Positions 8,982 through 20,784 of a DNA stretch of 37,595 bases are shown here, one piece after another. Source of the DNA: Klebsormidium nitens (Eukaryota; Plantae; Klebsormidiophyceae); the NCBI GenBank assembly GCA_000708835.1, contig DF237681.1:1-37595 (forward strand). Reading direction: 5' to 3'. The translations under genes and the position numbers were made by a program. Within the stretch, counting starts at the first letter, position 1, and each line of letters begins with the position of its first letter. The notes beneath the pieces are model-generated. The model saw only the letters and a list, made by a program, of their open reading frames with translations, ran no database searches and had not been told where the DNA came from.

Positions 8982-11049
8982 CCGGTGGAGTCCTTGGGTC
9001 AAAGCCGTGATTGATAAGAAAACGGTGTCTGACCTACAGAAGAGTGAATAGCTGAGTTGTGGGCAAACTCCGCTCGTGACAACAAAGTGTCCCAGTCATT
9101 CAACTGCGCAGAGACAAAATGACGTAGATACGTTTCCAGCGTTTGATTCACACGTTCTATCTGACCATCAGTCTGCGGCTGGAAAGACGAGGACATAACG
9201 TGCCTAGTACCAATAAGCACCGTCACCCATTTCCAAAACGCACTCGTGAATCGTGAATCACGATCTGTGATAAACTCGTTGCTCAGGCTATGAGACGCCA
9301 GACCTGATCAATGTAGAGCTCCGCAAAATCCCTTGCAGGTAAGTCTTCACAACAAGCTACAAAGTGCACCATTTTTGTCAGCTTATCAACAAAGACACAT
9401 ATACTGTCGTTCCCATGAGCCGGCTTAGGCAATCTGACAATAACGTCAAACGTGCAATCTGCCAAAAAATAATTCAGGAACGGGAAGAGGCTTTTTAGGG
9501 AATGCACCAAACGGCCTGTCGCGCCGGGCCTTCCCTCTTTGGCACAAAACACAGCAGAAGATATACTTGGTAACATCCAGGCTTTGTCAAAGAAGGCCAC
9601 CAAAACAAACGACCAACTGCCTGTCCGGGTTTTGAGCACCCATAGTGTCCCGCGTAGTAAGTATCGTGATACTCAGAGATAATCTTTCTACGGAGCTCAA
9701 CGTCATGAGGGACAACTATTTGGGATTTCCTTTTTAAGACAAAACCTTCTCAGGTGGTACTCAGTTGGTTTGAGTCCCCCCATTTTGCATCTCGCTGAAC
9801 TTTCTCAGACAACTTCCGACTGCCTTCAATAAAGGGCTTGAGCATGAGGAAGGACTTAAGTCAAAAGTCGGACTGAAAACACTTTGGCCACCACGAACAA
9901 AAACAGTTTGGCCGGACACACTTCTGTTCTGGAACATTCCTCGGTTTGGTGTCGCTACACCAGCAGCAGCGAATACTGCACCGAAAGGCTGAGCCTTATC
10001 AGAGTCAACGCTCTGTAGCTGACTGGCAATCGCATCCCCCCTGCTTAACACATCATCTATATTACGTTCGTCTTTAGGTATTCCCACTTAAACACCCCAA
10101 AGCGCTGAAAGGATTCTGACCAACGTGCTTGTCGCCGTGACAAATTAGGTTGCGTCTGAAACCTATGTATTGGACACGTGGTCTGTGAATACAGTTAACT
10201 AGACTCCTTCCAGATAGCACCGCCACACTCGCAAAGCGTGAACAACAGCCAACATCTCCTTCTCTGCGACTTTATAATTATGCTAGTATGCCGAGTTTAA
10301 CTTACGCAACTTACGCAACACAAATGGAATGCGATAACCCTCTTGCAACGACACAGCGCCAAGACCATAGTCAAGAGCATCCGTAATGACTTCATAGGGC
10401 TTCTTCTCATCAGGAGTCCTAAGCAACGGAGCTTCAGCCAAACTACGTTTAAGCTTCTCAAAAGCATCCTGACACCGTCCAGTCCAATCCCAGCCAACAG
10501 ACTTTTTCGTCAAGTTCGTCAGAGGCACTGCTATAGAAGAGTAGTGATCTGTGATCTTGCAAAAGTAGTTACACAGCCCCGGAAAGGGACGAACATCATG
10601 CACGTTCTTGGGCACGTTCTTGGCCAAGACTGTACTGCACCGACTTTCTTGGGATCGGGACGAATGCCTCTGCGCATTTACAATATGCCCCAAATACGGA
10701 ATCTCAGTTTGAGCGAAGCCGGACTTAGCCGTTGTCACGTAAAACTATTTGCGACGTAGGACATCCTTGAACAAGACGCACATGCGCTTTGATGTTCTTC
10801 CTCAAACTCGGAAAATATCAGAATGTTGTCCAAATACACAACGACGAACTTCTTCAGATATAGAGTTCATTACAGTCTGAAACGTCGCCGGAGCATTCGT
10901 CTGACCCTCAATCAATACCTTAAACCGAAAGTGTCCAAAAGGCGTACGAAAAGCTGTTTTCGGACGATCTTCCAACCTAGATCATGCCACTACACTGTGT
11001 GAGCCAACCATCCAACTTGTTCAACCGAGCAATCCAGTCTCAAGTGAGA

Positions 11050-11478
11050 AGAACTAGGTTTCTGATTTGTTGAATGAGTTTTCTGAAGTCTTTCAGGATC
11101 CTCTTCCGGTTGGTCTGCCTCATGAACGTGCAGAAGGTCACAGTACTCCTACCGAGCCAGGTCACCCTCCTACGTTCCGGCAGATGTACCGCTTATCTCC
11201 GTTGGAATATCGTGAAATGGAAAAGCGGGTCACCGAGTTTCTGAAGACTGGAATTCTGGACACTTCTCCGTATGGTTCTCCTGTGTTGTTTGTTCCTAAG
11301 CTTAACGGTCCGATCGTGGTCTTCGTATGTGTGTTGATTATCGAGCTTTAAACTCGATAACTGTGAAGAACCGTTGTACGATTCCTCGCATTGACGATCT
11401 GTTGGATGCTGTGAGCGGTTCACAGTATTTCACTTCCCTTGATCTTACATCTGGGTATCATCAAATTCTGATCTCTGC
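11050..11478 (+). other. Inverted internal segment of the family A pol (RT N-terminal part)
   Basis: Plus strand reads LNEFSEVFQDPLP...YRLSPLE...SPYGSPVLFVPK...CVDYRALN...IDDLLD...DLTSGYHQILIS, while the flanking pol sequence on both sides is minus-strand. Confidence 0.9.
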
Positions 11479-14277
11479 CCACAGCCAGAGAGCCTGCTAC
11501 AGTAGCGGTAGCGCACGAGGCAGCGTCAGGGTCAATTGGCTTCACCGACGCCAAGTACACGCACGCTCCTCGCTTGACCAGCCGCTTCAACTGCGCATGT
11601 GACAACACATCGGGATTAAACATCTCATCATCGTCAGAACGCGAACGAGGAAGACCAGGACTACGTATGTACAGTCAAGTGTCTTTTCCCTTTCTGAATC
11701 ATAATGCAACTTTTTCCATAATGCAGAATACAATTATACCTGATCATGAACTCATCACCCAAAGATAAGATCAACCTCAAACAACAGAATCATGACGTAG
11801 CACCTCACAGGCTTGTGAAACGCTCCTAACTGAACATATACAATCGCTTCACACACGACCTCGCCAACAACGTCATCTGCCAGACGAACTTTCTGAGCAG
11901 TACGGTAGGTCTTACCGTAATGCCTGTCTGCTTAGCAAATTTGGCAGAGACGAAGTTCAGTGACGCTCAGAGTGAAACAGGATGTTGGCTTTAGCCGCAG
12001 TTGCCCGGCCGTAAAACATCATACGGGGCAACTTACTGAACCCTTTCGTGAAGCTGAGAAAATCTTTCCTTGTCAACAAACCTGCCTGAGCAGACACTTT
12101 GTCAGCGACGAAAGCAAGATACAAGACTCGCAACTTGTCAGGACTTCGAACAACAGCCCACGTGTTATCTGACAGCAACTGACAAACCAACCCACCTTTT
12201 GGAACCCTCAGCACAACAGGATTTTTTTTTAACAATGGCAATGCAATTGGCATGCTATCACGTACTAACATACAAGCAGCCCAAACGCCGTAGAAGTAGG
12301 GCTATCTACAAATGGCAGAATGCAAATGCCTAAGACGTTCAGTAACACTGCCTGGCAGAATTCGCGTTTATTTGAACGTCCAAAACTAGAACCACCTCCA
12401 CCAGATGCCTTGCGCTTTCCAGCCACCGACTTGGCAGGCTGAGAAGACTTGCGCTTGGCCACGCGTGCCTCTACTGTAGGCCATGTCAAAGTCGCATACT
12501 CACCCAATGCATTGAGCATAGCCCAACGCTGGCCAGCCAAAGACGTGCGACACATCTCCCTAAGCCAGACTGAAGTCCAGACCGATACCTTTCGATCTTG
12601 ACAGCCTCATCAATAATTTCCTCATATGGAGTAACCATGGCCTGATTAAACTCCACGTTGTAATCGTCAACGCTCTTCGACCCCTGGGACCGTACAACTT
12701 GTCCTGGTGCGGGCCCATGTTGCGAATGTTGCCTTGAATGTTAGCACGCACTTCCAATCTTAAGTTGTACATTTGCGTCACAACCTCATCCTTGCTTTTC
12801 ACAAGCTGGCCATCCCAGCTACCCTACTAAATGATGAGTGACTATGAATTCCATTTAACCAACACCATGCATAATCATAAAATAACGCTCTTTTGATCCA
12901 CATGTTGCGCAACAAACTTACCAAGCCCAATCGAACTTATGCCAAGCCTATATTGTAATGACACAAATAAGCCGACTTCCGCGCATGCTAGTACACCTCG
13001 ACTTGGCCTTGCTGCCGAACTACGCACGGAATACGTGCTTGCTAGACTGTCGAAACACCTTCTGCACATGCTATACCCCTACCATGAACATATAGTCGGA
13101 ATCCTCTCAGTGTCGAGTGAGTCTTTCATGCATGGCCATTTTTAGCAATAAGCTCCCAAGCGAAGGCACCAAGCATCATAATTGGTAACTTGAATAAGGC
13201 AGTAGCATTAAGTGCAGCAAGCTCGCAGTGACCACCTCAATGATTTTATTCAACATGCATGATTTGAAATGATCGTTTTGGCCTTTTGGGACCCAAGGCT
13301 TCAAGTTAGGGACCCTTTTGAAAGCGCCCATCTATTTCGTTACAAATTAGCTACCAACTCCGAGGGGTACGTAGGCACATGTAGCGTCATCCAGACGGTA
13401 AACTGGCCCGGCCGCTAGACCACCCAACCCCTTTCTTCAATTGGACCCAAGCTAGTAGGCACTAGTAACGAGACCCATGCTTCCTTATTAAGTCGAGGCC
13501 ATTATGACCTTTTTCTTAGCTGAAAGCTAGAGAACTACCTCTAATACCAACCAAGAACCCACCCGCTTCACCTACAAGTCACACCAACCACACAAGAAGG
13601 TCGGGCAACGTCAAACTGGCATCTTTCAATACCTCGATGCAAGTTATGGGCTCAATGTTTGGATGCCGGACCTTTTCTAGGTCAGGATCACTCCATATGT
13701 TCAACGATCTATAGTTGTTGTTACTCTATCAAACCACGGTCAGCTGCTTCTACGTTAAAAAGAAAAGCACACCAGACTTGATTACTATCCGAATCTCCTC
13801 TGGATCTAGCTATTCAACTGATTATTTTCGGTCTTGTCTTCGATCTTCGTGTTAAAAGGTTCAAAAGTAGGTCACGGCACTCCGTAACGTCCCTATTGCG
13901 TGACCTGTCTGGACTCTCAATGGTCTTGCAGCAGCCCCATCATAGCTGATCAATCACCTTTTGCTTAGATTCAATATCCTAAAAATCCTGCAAGAGTCAC
14001 GCTCTTCATGCATGCAATCCATGTATTCCCATGGTATGTCTTGGAACCGTCATATGCCTGAGCGCCACAAGTACACCCAACAAATGACTGTAGCTTCCAA
14101 AGACACCGCTGTCATGGACCATCTGGCCTTGATTGCCAGTGGTTGCATAACATACTCGAATTGTCAGAACGGTCACAGAAGCGCCCGGTACTCGATGATC
14201 TGAATACCAACAGTGTCCGCTTATTTCAGCCCCCATCAACCACTTTAGCTATTCGCGTGGGCTCATTGGCTGCCGCA

Positions 14278-17200
14278 TTACAAAAACTCCTCTGTTATAG
14301 GTTTTCCCCTACAACGGGGCATTTCCAACTTCACGCTGGTGTTGAGACACCGCACAGCATGAACACGTCGGTCTTGACCGCACAGTCGCACTTTTACAGA
14401 CTTCTTAGTGATCACGCCCGTGAATGGTTGCGCAACTAGCTCAAAAACCTGCGCGCACTTTCCTTGCCCCGTATTCTTGGCCAAGAGTTTGTGGTAATAC
14501 TTGTTGTGCATGGCAAACGTTTTTCCAGCGGACACTGCCCCGAAAGAAGGGCAGCGTCCCAAAGGTAGCAGCACCTGGTCAACCCAAAGCTTCGACTCAC
14601 AGGAAGGATCGTCCACCCCATCCTGGCCCTCCTCCTTGACAACAATTTCCAATCGAATTGTCAATTTGGTCTCATCTGGCGCTGGAAAGCTGAGATTATG
14701 CCAAATTGTGCCATGTAGGCTTACTCCTTTGGCCGTTGAAAGTAACGAGTCCTCCGGCACTGGAATTTTGAAACGCTCCGTCGAGTTCGTTAGGAGCCAC
14801 AGATCTTCCATTTTTCTATGGGAGTCGAAATACTTCTCCTCAAACTCCTTGAACGGGTGCAATATGACGTCGTACCGCCCATTTATATCCATGCAATTAA
14901 TGGTTGTCTCATCCGGAAGCACCAACGCGCTCCCAGGGACGGGTACAAAGTGCTCCATCTGCCCCGCTATGGGGACCTTCGCCTTTGCCCAGTTTGAGCC
15001 GGCCCGTTCCAACGGGCCCGATCTGAGCATATTATGGTGCAAAAAAATCTCACGGCCGTCCAGATCAAACTGCAGCATTGTTGTTCCGCAGAGCTCGTCT
15101 TTAGAGTTGATCATGCCTGTCGTTCCAACTGGCTGGCGCACAAACGAGAATGGCTGCTTCACGGCCATCCAAGCAAAGCGATAAGTATCCTTGTCGTCAT
15201 TGAGGAGCTGCAGGAGAAATGGATCGAGATTCTCGCAGCTTCTGATTAGAGACTCGGAGATTTACGAGCGGCGTGCGGGGAGTTCATCATTTCCGTTCTT
15301 GCATAGCAACATGAAAAATCTAGCTTGACTGTAAAGAACGTGTGTGGTGTTGCGCACTGTGGATTTAAAATTGGTTTGGGCCCAAAAAAAGTTTGAAGTC
15401 TTCGGATACAAGTCGAGATTTTCAAGCGGTCTGAAGGAGCAGGGATGACATGGGTTGTAGCACTTGACATCACATTTACAATTTGAACATCCCATACGAG
15501 CTCTTGGAGACGAGAGATACTACCTCTCAATAATGAGTTTAGCGTTTGGATCTGCTCTGCAAGGCAAGTCAATCGAGCTCTGTTTCAATCGTCAACAAGT
15601 AGAGGCGTGCACGCATTTTACTCGGAGTTGTTTATCTGTCGCTGCTCAGCATTTGCGATGGCGGCCAAAGACACCCCAGAACTCAAAAGGCATAAGAATT
15701 GTTAGAACCTTCAATTCAAGATTGATTAAGAGCCTAGAGAAGGTAAATCGACCAGCATTTGACCACCAAAAAAGCACGTATGGCATGTCGGTTAACATGT
15801 GATCACTGCAAGTACCACACTGACGGCAGCACTACAGACAGTAACTCTTTGGGGTATCAACACTGCGGGCAAGAAGAGAAGCTCATCACTGAGAGAAACA
15901 ACTTTGGAGATCTTCAGGAATTTGGTGCTTTGTTAATGCAAGAGCTGCAAGGAGGGAACTTGAAGACTCCCAACCACTGAGGAAACGATCAGCCTTTCTC
16001 GTTCCTTTCTGTGATCCTTCAAATGTCATGGTGATTCAGAGCAGTAAATGGGGTCGAGGTATCCAACAATTCTCCTACACTTGTAGATGCTTCCGCATTG
16101 TAGCAAATCCGATGGCAAGATTTGACAACTTTCTTAGCTAGTACCACCTGGCGAGGCTCGTGGAATCAAATCGAACAGACCCAGGCTGATCACTCAGAAT
16201 AGGGACCAGAAGCCTAAGGCTAAGCCTTATGCTTTCACACTAGGTCTGGGACTCAACAAACTCTCAACCTTTTAACCAGAGAAACGTAAAGTCGTCTTTG
16301 CATTGATTCTCCATCAAAGCAAACCGTAAAGATCGACAAAGCGGTATCCAAGAGCAAGCTGCCAGCTTGACTCCAGCTTGCAAACCAGTAGATTGACACC
16401 AGCCAATACCTGCTACCGTGCTTTATAGCACTGTGAAAAGCGAAGGGAAGTTATGTGGTCCTCACCAATCTATATGGCGCCTGATTGAATAGCAACGCCT
16501 ACAAGGAAAGAGGAAACCAAAGCAACCTCAGTGCAAGCTCACATGTGTTCGTCAACATCAGATCAGCATAATCTGGTGAATGTAAGTGCTCATGAGATGA
16601 CATGTAGAAGGCTGTACCCAGATGGTTTGATGAAGAGATTCTTCACCTGAATAAAGGAGAGCTTAACAAACGGAATTGGAAGAGTCGATTGACGGCATGC
16701 AATCAGGGGGCTGTTGAGTAAGAGATAGATCTGAAATGTGGAACCTTCCAATCTTTTGAAGGTGGGCAATTGGTGGGACCACTTACCACTGCCAGCGCGA
16801 CCCAGCCCTTCCGTTTGTTGATCAAAAGCTGCCCACTCTCTTGCGCGTAACCATGGGGCTCAGCGCCCACCAACTCCCAAATAGGGTTCAATGTACTTGT
16901 TCGCCAGTAGTCAGGCCAGAAGGTGGCCCCAGACTCTCTATACTGTTGATCCTCGAACAGGTACGCTGGGTTCCGGACAGGAAGATTGTCATCATCGATC
17001 AGTAGCACCTCCTCAAAGGAGCTGTGCAGGAGAACTAAAGGCTTGACGCCAAACATGCGCGGGCCCACGTTCGTTTCAACCACCTCAATGTCCTTAGCAT
17101 AATCGTGCAAGTTTTTTAGCATCACATTCTGATGGCGCGATATCCAAGTTGCATGCTCAAAGGGCAAATTCTCAGACGAAAAGTGCCAGACTTCCACAGG

Positions 17201-17629
17201 AAGCTTGCAGCCCAGATCACGGAGCACTTTCAGTACAACTGGCAGATTATTCATTCCCCTGGGCCCGCATAAGATTGCAATGCCCCAGCCATGATATCTC
17301 CCCTCAGGGTAAAGAGGCTGCTCCGCCGCAACCCTCTGCCACCGCTTGGTCAGGGCGCTCAGGTTTTGTCGAACATCAGGCCAAACACGTGACGAGTACT
17401 TGTTAAAATAACAATCCTCATTCTTTCTGGGGAAGCAACGAAACGGCTCGTCAACAGGAATGGGAGCCTCCAAGACCGGCTGGGAAGTGGTTCCCTCTAA
17501 GCTGATAGAATCTGCTATGGCCAGAGGCGCCTCGCCGACTACATATTGGACAGGAGATAGAGCTGAGAGCAACAAAATCAGGGCACATCTGTACGCAGAA
17601 GAGGCATTCACATGGCTTGCAGACGACAT
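14278..17629 (-). CDS. GT71 / Mannosyl_trans3-family alpha-mannosyltransferase-like protein, 3 exons, 601 aa, with C-terminal extension
   Basis: Exons 17629-16787, 16498-16466 and 15207-14278, all phase 0 with GT-AG borders (GTG|gtaagt; ccttgtag|GCG; TTG|gtgagg; ctgcag|CTC). N-terminal hydrophobic segment. Motifs LRDLGCKLPVEVW, KPLVLLHSSFEEVLLIDDDN, GATFWPDYW, QESGQLLINK, DDKDTYRFAW and LFDLDG-like FDLDGREIFLHHN resemble Mnn2-type enzymes. Confidence 0.85.
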
Positions 17630-17721
17630 GCTGTCGTTTACGCAGACTCATGTCTTTCTATTGAGCAGGCGCGTCTTCCCATGTTGGGGAACCTACTAAG
17701 CTCAATCAAATGTCAGTTCGG

Positions 17722-18375
17722 TACTAGGACCGTAGCTAAGTGTGACCATATGGTAACGCTTATCTTTTTCAGAAGTTACGCAAAAACCCTATGAAGATAC
17801 TGGATATTAAGTGCTCACATTACTCCTGGTGCTTCTAGGGGTTATGGTTGAAAAAGTAAGTGTGATAGGCCGATTGAACTGCAAGGCCAAGTGCTTGCTG
17901 CCAGCACATTTCAATAAGAGGTCCCAAAACCCTAATATGAGGGGAAATAAGCGTGACCATATGGTAACGCTTAGGAAAAGGGGTGGTTTTCATAACAAAC
18001 CTACACGGAAACTTTTCAACCCTTGTCAGGGGCCCTTATTGGGTCATGTTCAAGTCCCTGAAACTTGAACCCTCCAAAAAACGCTCTGACGTCATCAGCC
18101 CAAGTTGCTAACAATGGTCAAACAGGAGACGTCAGGCTGGGGACCGATTTTTGGCCAAAAAACCCCTATGAAACCCATGTTAGAATGACGTCAGCTGGTT
18201 CCATTTGACCAAAGTCGTTCCTGGGTATGGTTAGGGGATACCTCAAGGTCAATGTTGACCGGGCACAATCCAAGGGTTTGGGTTTTGTATAAACCCACAG
18301 GGTTTTACCCAGTCAATATTTAAGCGTGACCATATGGTCACGCGTTACCATATGGTCACGGTTACGGTCCTAGTG
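17722..18375. mobile_element. Non-autonomous TIR element (MITE), 654 bp, CACTAGGACCGTA termini
   Basis: Left TACTAGGACCGTA vs reverse complement of right end CACTAGGACCGTA. Four copies of the palindrome GTKACCATATGGTMAC (17742, 17953, 18326, 18344). No matching TSD (left CGG, right TTAA). Confidence 0.75.
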
Positions 18376-18600
18376 TTAAATACTCAATTAGGCTGCTAGC
18401 ACACACAGTAATCAATTTAGGGCCTTTGCACGAGGTGGCAACTCAAGTTTTAAAACACCCCTTGTTGAAACGAAATGAAGTTTTATTCATATTAAACCAA
18501 TGAATAGAGCTCGTCAGCTAGAGGCGCCTAAAACACCCCTTCAATTCTAATGGACCTCCCCTTGGATTTCAATACACCTTCTAATTACAAAGTTGCCCCG

Positions 18601-20784
18601 TGTAGTGTCCCGCGACCGCCACTTAGGGGCGATTCGCACCCACGCAGATAAGGCCAACTTTCTAGATAACGAAATTGAAATTCATTCGGACATAAGCGCA
18701 GATTGGTGAATCTGAAAGTTGGAGCATTCGCAAATATGAGCAGATTTACGGCACCAATTTGCGTGGCGTTCGCATATGAGGCCAGATTGCGCCGCAGATT
18801 CAACTGTCGATTCAAAACGAAGCCCCCCACAAAAAGAGGCTTCGGAGCTAGAGTAGCGCTATGATGCGGAATAAAGGCAGACAAGAAAACGGCTCATGTG
18901 CAGAGAATGAAGGAGAAGCGACGGCTTGCAGAAAAGTAAGACCCAATCCTTGAATGAATCGAGAATGAGACTCAATTCCAAGCGCTCGTGTTCGAGTGAC
19001 TGTACAATGGAAACTTGAGAATGAGGGTCAAGTCTTGGTGTTCGCTGCTTCTAATGTATTATGCTAAGCGTTATTTACAGTCTGCTAAGTTCCTCTAAGT
19101 CTAGCGTTACTGTCTTCCCTATTTCAATCCTGTATTGCTAAGGTCTTCGCTTCGAAAGCGCGTGATGAAACTTCGGTGAGTCCCGGTCTCGCAACCTGGC
19201 GCTCCTTCAGCTCGTCTCCCGTTGTCCGCCTTGGTTCGAGTCTTCGTGACGTCTCCAAGTGTCACCTTATTGTCAACCTGTACATACTTTCAAAGGACAC
19301 ACAAGTGCTCTTCGAGCACTTCGTAAGAAACAAAACGACGGGCTGTACTTCAAAGTATAGCCGAAACGAAGTCTAATCTGCATGATACAAATGACGAAGT
19401 CACAACAAACCAGAAACAAGCGGCCGTCATGCATTCAAGAGCAAAATAACGTCACTAAACCCAAACCGGAAGCATTCAATCTGTACAAAGATACAAAATA
19501 TACACGGTAAGTGAAGAACGTCGTAAAGCCTTCAGAAACGGACGAACTTTCTGCCATGACGAAGCAAGACCCGCTCATGCATGTCGAAAACATAAGTCTT
19601 CAGTCAGACCCTTGCTCGACTCTTCGTTAAAACCCTTAAAACCTGAATCCTTCGCAAATCTCCTCGACTTTCCGTTCACCGCTTTTTCACAATCCCGATC
19701 TAGTTTCCAGGTAGTGAATCTTTTCCGGGTAGCTACTTTTCTAAGCCACACAACTTCATTCAAGTCGCATCTGAGAAAGCAAATCGACGAGACGTGGGCG
19801 AGACGTCTTTGCCTGTAGACCTAAAAGGATAGGCCGGGGGTCCGGACCAGTTTGGAGTACATTTTCATACTCGGCCAAGGCAAAGTTGTGTACATGCTTA
19901 GTACAACTTGTGTACATCGTGCGTACACCAGTACATTCGACACTTCTACCGGTATCGTCGAATTGCGAGAGTGGAGGCATCACCTGGTTTCCAATCTGAT
20001 CTGTGCTTACGGTACCTTTGTTCAATACCTCTTGTGCTTACGGTTTTGAATCTGAAAAACGGCGCAGTTTCGCTTATCTGAAAGCTACCCGGGGTATGCG
20101 CAGATTAGATTGGGTTATCTGATCTGAGAGTTTCTCAGATAAGATAAGAGGTTCAATCTGATCTGCAAGTTGCTCGGGTGCAAATCGCCCCTTAGCGGTT
20201 AGCACCACCGGTAACGAGTTGCAGTTAGCCCGCGAGTGGGCGCGCGGGCGATACTTAGCGCGGCCACCGCTAGTGTGTCAGAGGTGAGTGGGCTTCAAGC
20301 GTTGACGGCAGCGATGAGACCACTAGTGAACTAGTCCGTAGAGTCGTCCGATAGATTTGAGAAGCTTAGAAACCAGGCTTAGAACCACTCGTAGGAAGAT
20401 ACGCTGGTTTGTAATTGGTCGAGACAAAGTGGTGTCCCGTAAACTTCGCGATTTAGAGCAACACTTTGTAAAGATTTGAGGAGTAGCGAGGAAGACGATT
20501 CGAGTAGTCATCGCGAGACCTTGACTTGAGTAGACACAATTGTACGTGTTGCTTGTTTGATTGCTTGTTTGAGAGGCGCTTGCCTCTAGTAGCGATTTGG
20601 TTTGGAACACTTGTCTCCGTAGCGTTTGGCTGGCGTTTCTACCAGTATTGCATAGGTGTAAGATTGCCAGGCCTTTTCGAACGTCCTGCAACGACGTTCT
20701 CAACCTCAAACCCTCTCGCAACCTGCCATATCACTTGGTTCTGAGCTCGATCAGACTTCACCGCGAATGCCCGACATTGCTACA
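18601..20784 (+). mobile_element. Candidate LTR (~615 bp after removing the Harbinger insert) followed by a possible PBS
   Basis: Termini TGTAG...CTACA followed at once by TGGTGAATGC. No second copy and no linked pol to confirm it. Confidence 0.35.
18626..20191. mobile_element. PIF/Harbinger-type non-autonomous DNA transposon, 1566 bp
   Basis: 16-bp TIR GGGGCGATTYGCACCC at both ends (one mismatch), TTA duplicated at 18623-18625 and 20192-20194, many subterminal CAGAT/ATCTG motifs. No transposase ORF. Confidence 0.9.

Larger units (their letters stand above)
6907..13150 (-). mobile_element. Degenerate Ty3/gypsy chromovirus (family A): gag-PR-RT-RH-INT-chromodomain, 3' LTR; 5' LTR and PBS not seen
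   Basis: Minus-strand fragments: gag-like about 12260-13150; protease remnant about 11940-11990; RT ([21 protein letters not shown]) about 10740-10970; RT/RNase H 10283-10738; integrase 8982-9640; GPF/chromodomain 7714-8270. Many stops and frameshifts. The upstream boundary is approximate. Confidence 0.85.

Noticed and set aside
14190-14212. Possible minus-strand PBS (TGGTATTCAGA) for the 6907-13150 element
   Set aside because: Imperfect, and not adjacent to any copy of the family A LTR.
14501-15184. 227-aa plus-strand ORF
   Set aside because: Antisense shadow of glycosyltransferase exon 3; no independent motif.
16703-16786. C-terminal 27 aa of the listed 308-aa ORF
   Set aside because: Read-through into intron 1 after the GTG|gtaagt donor; homology continues in downstream exons.
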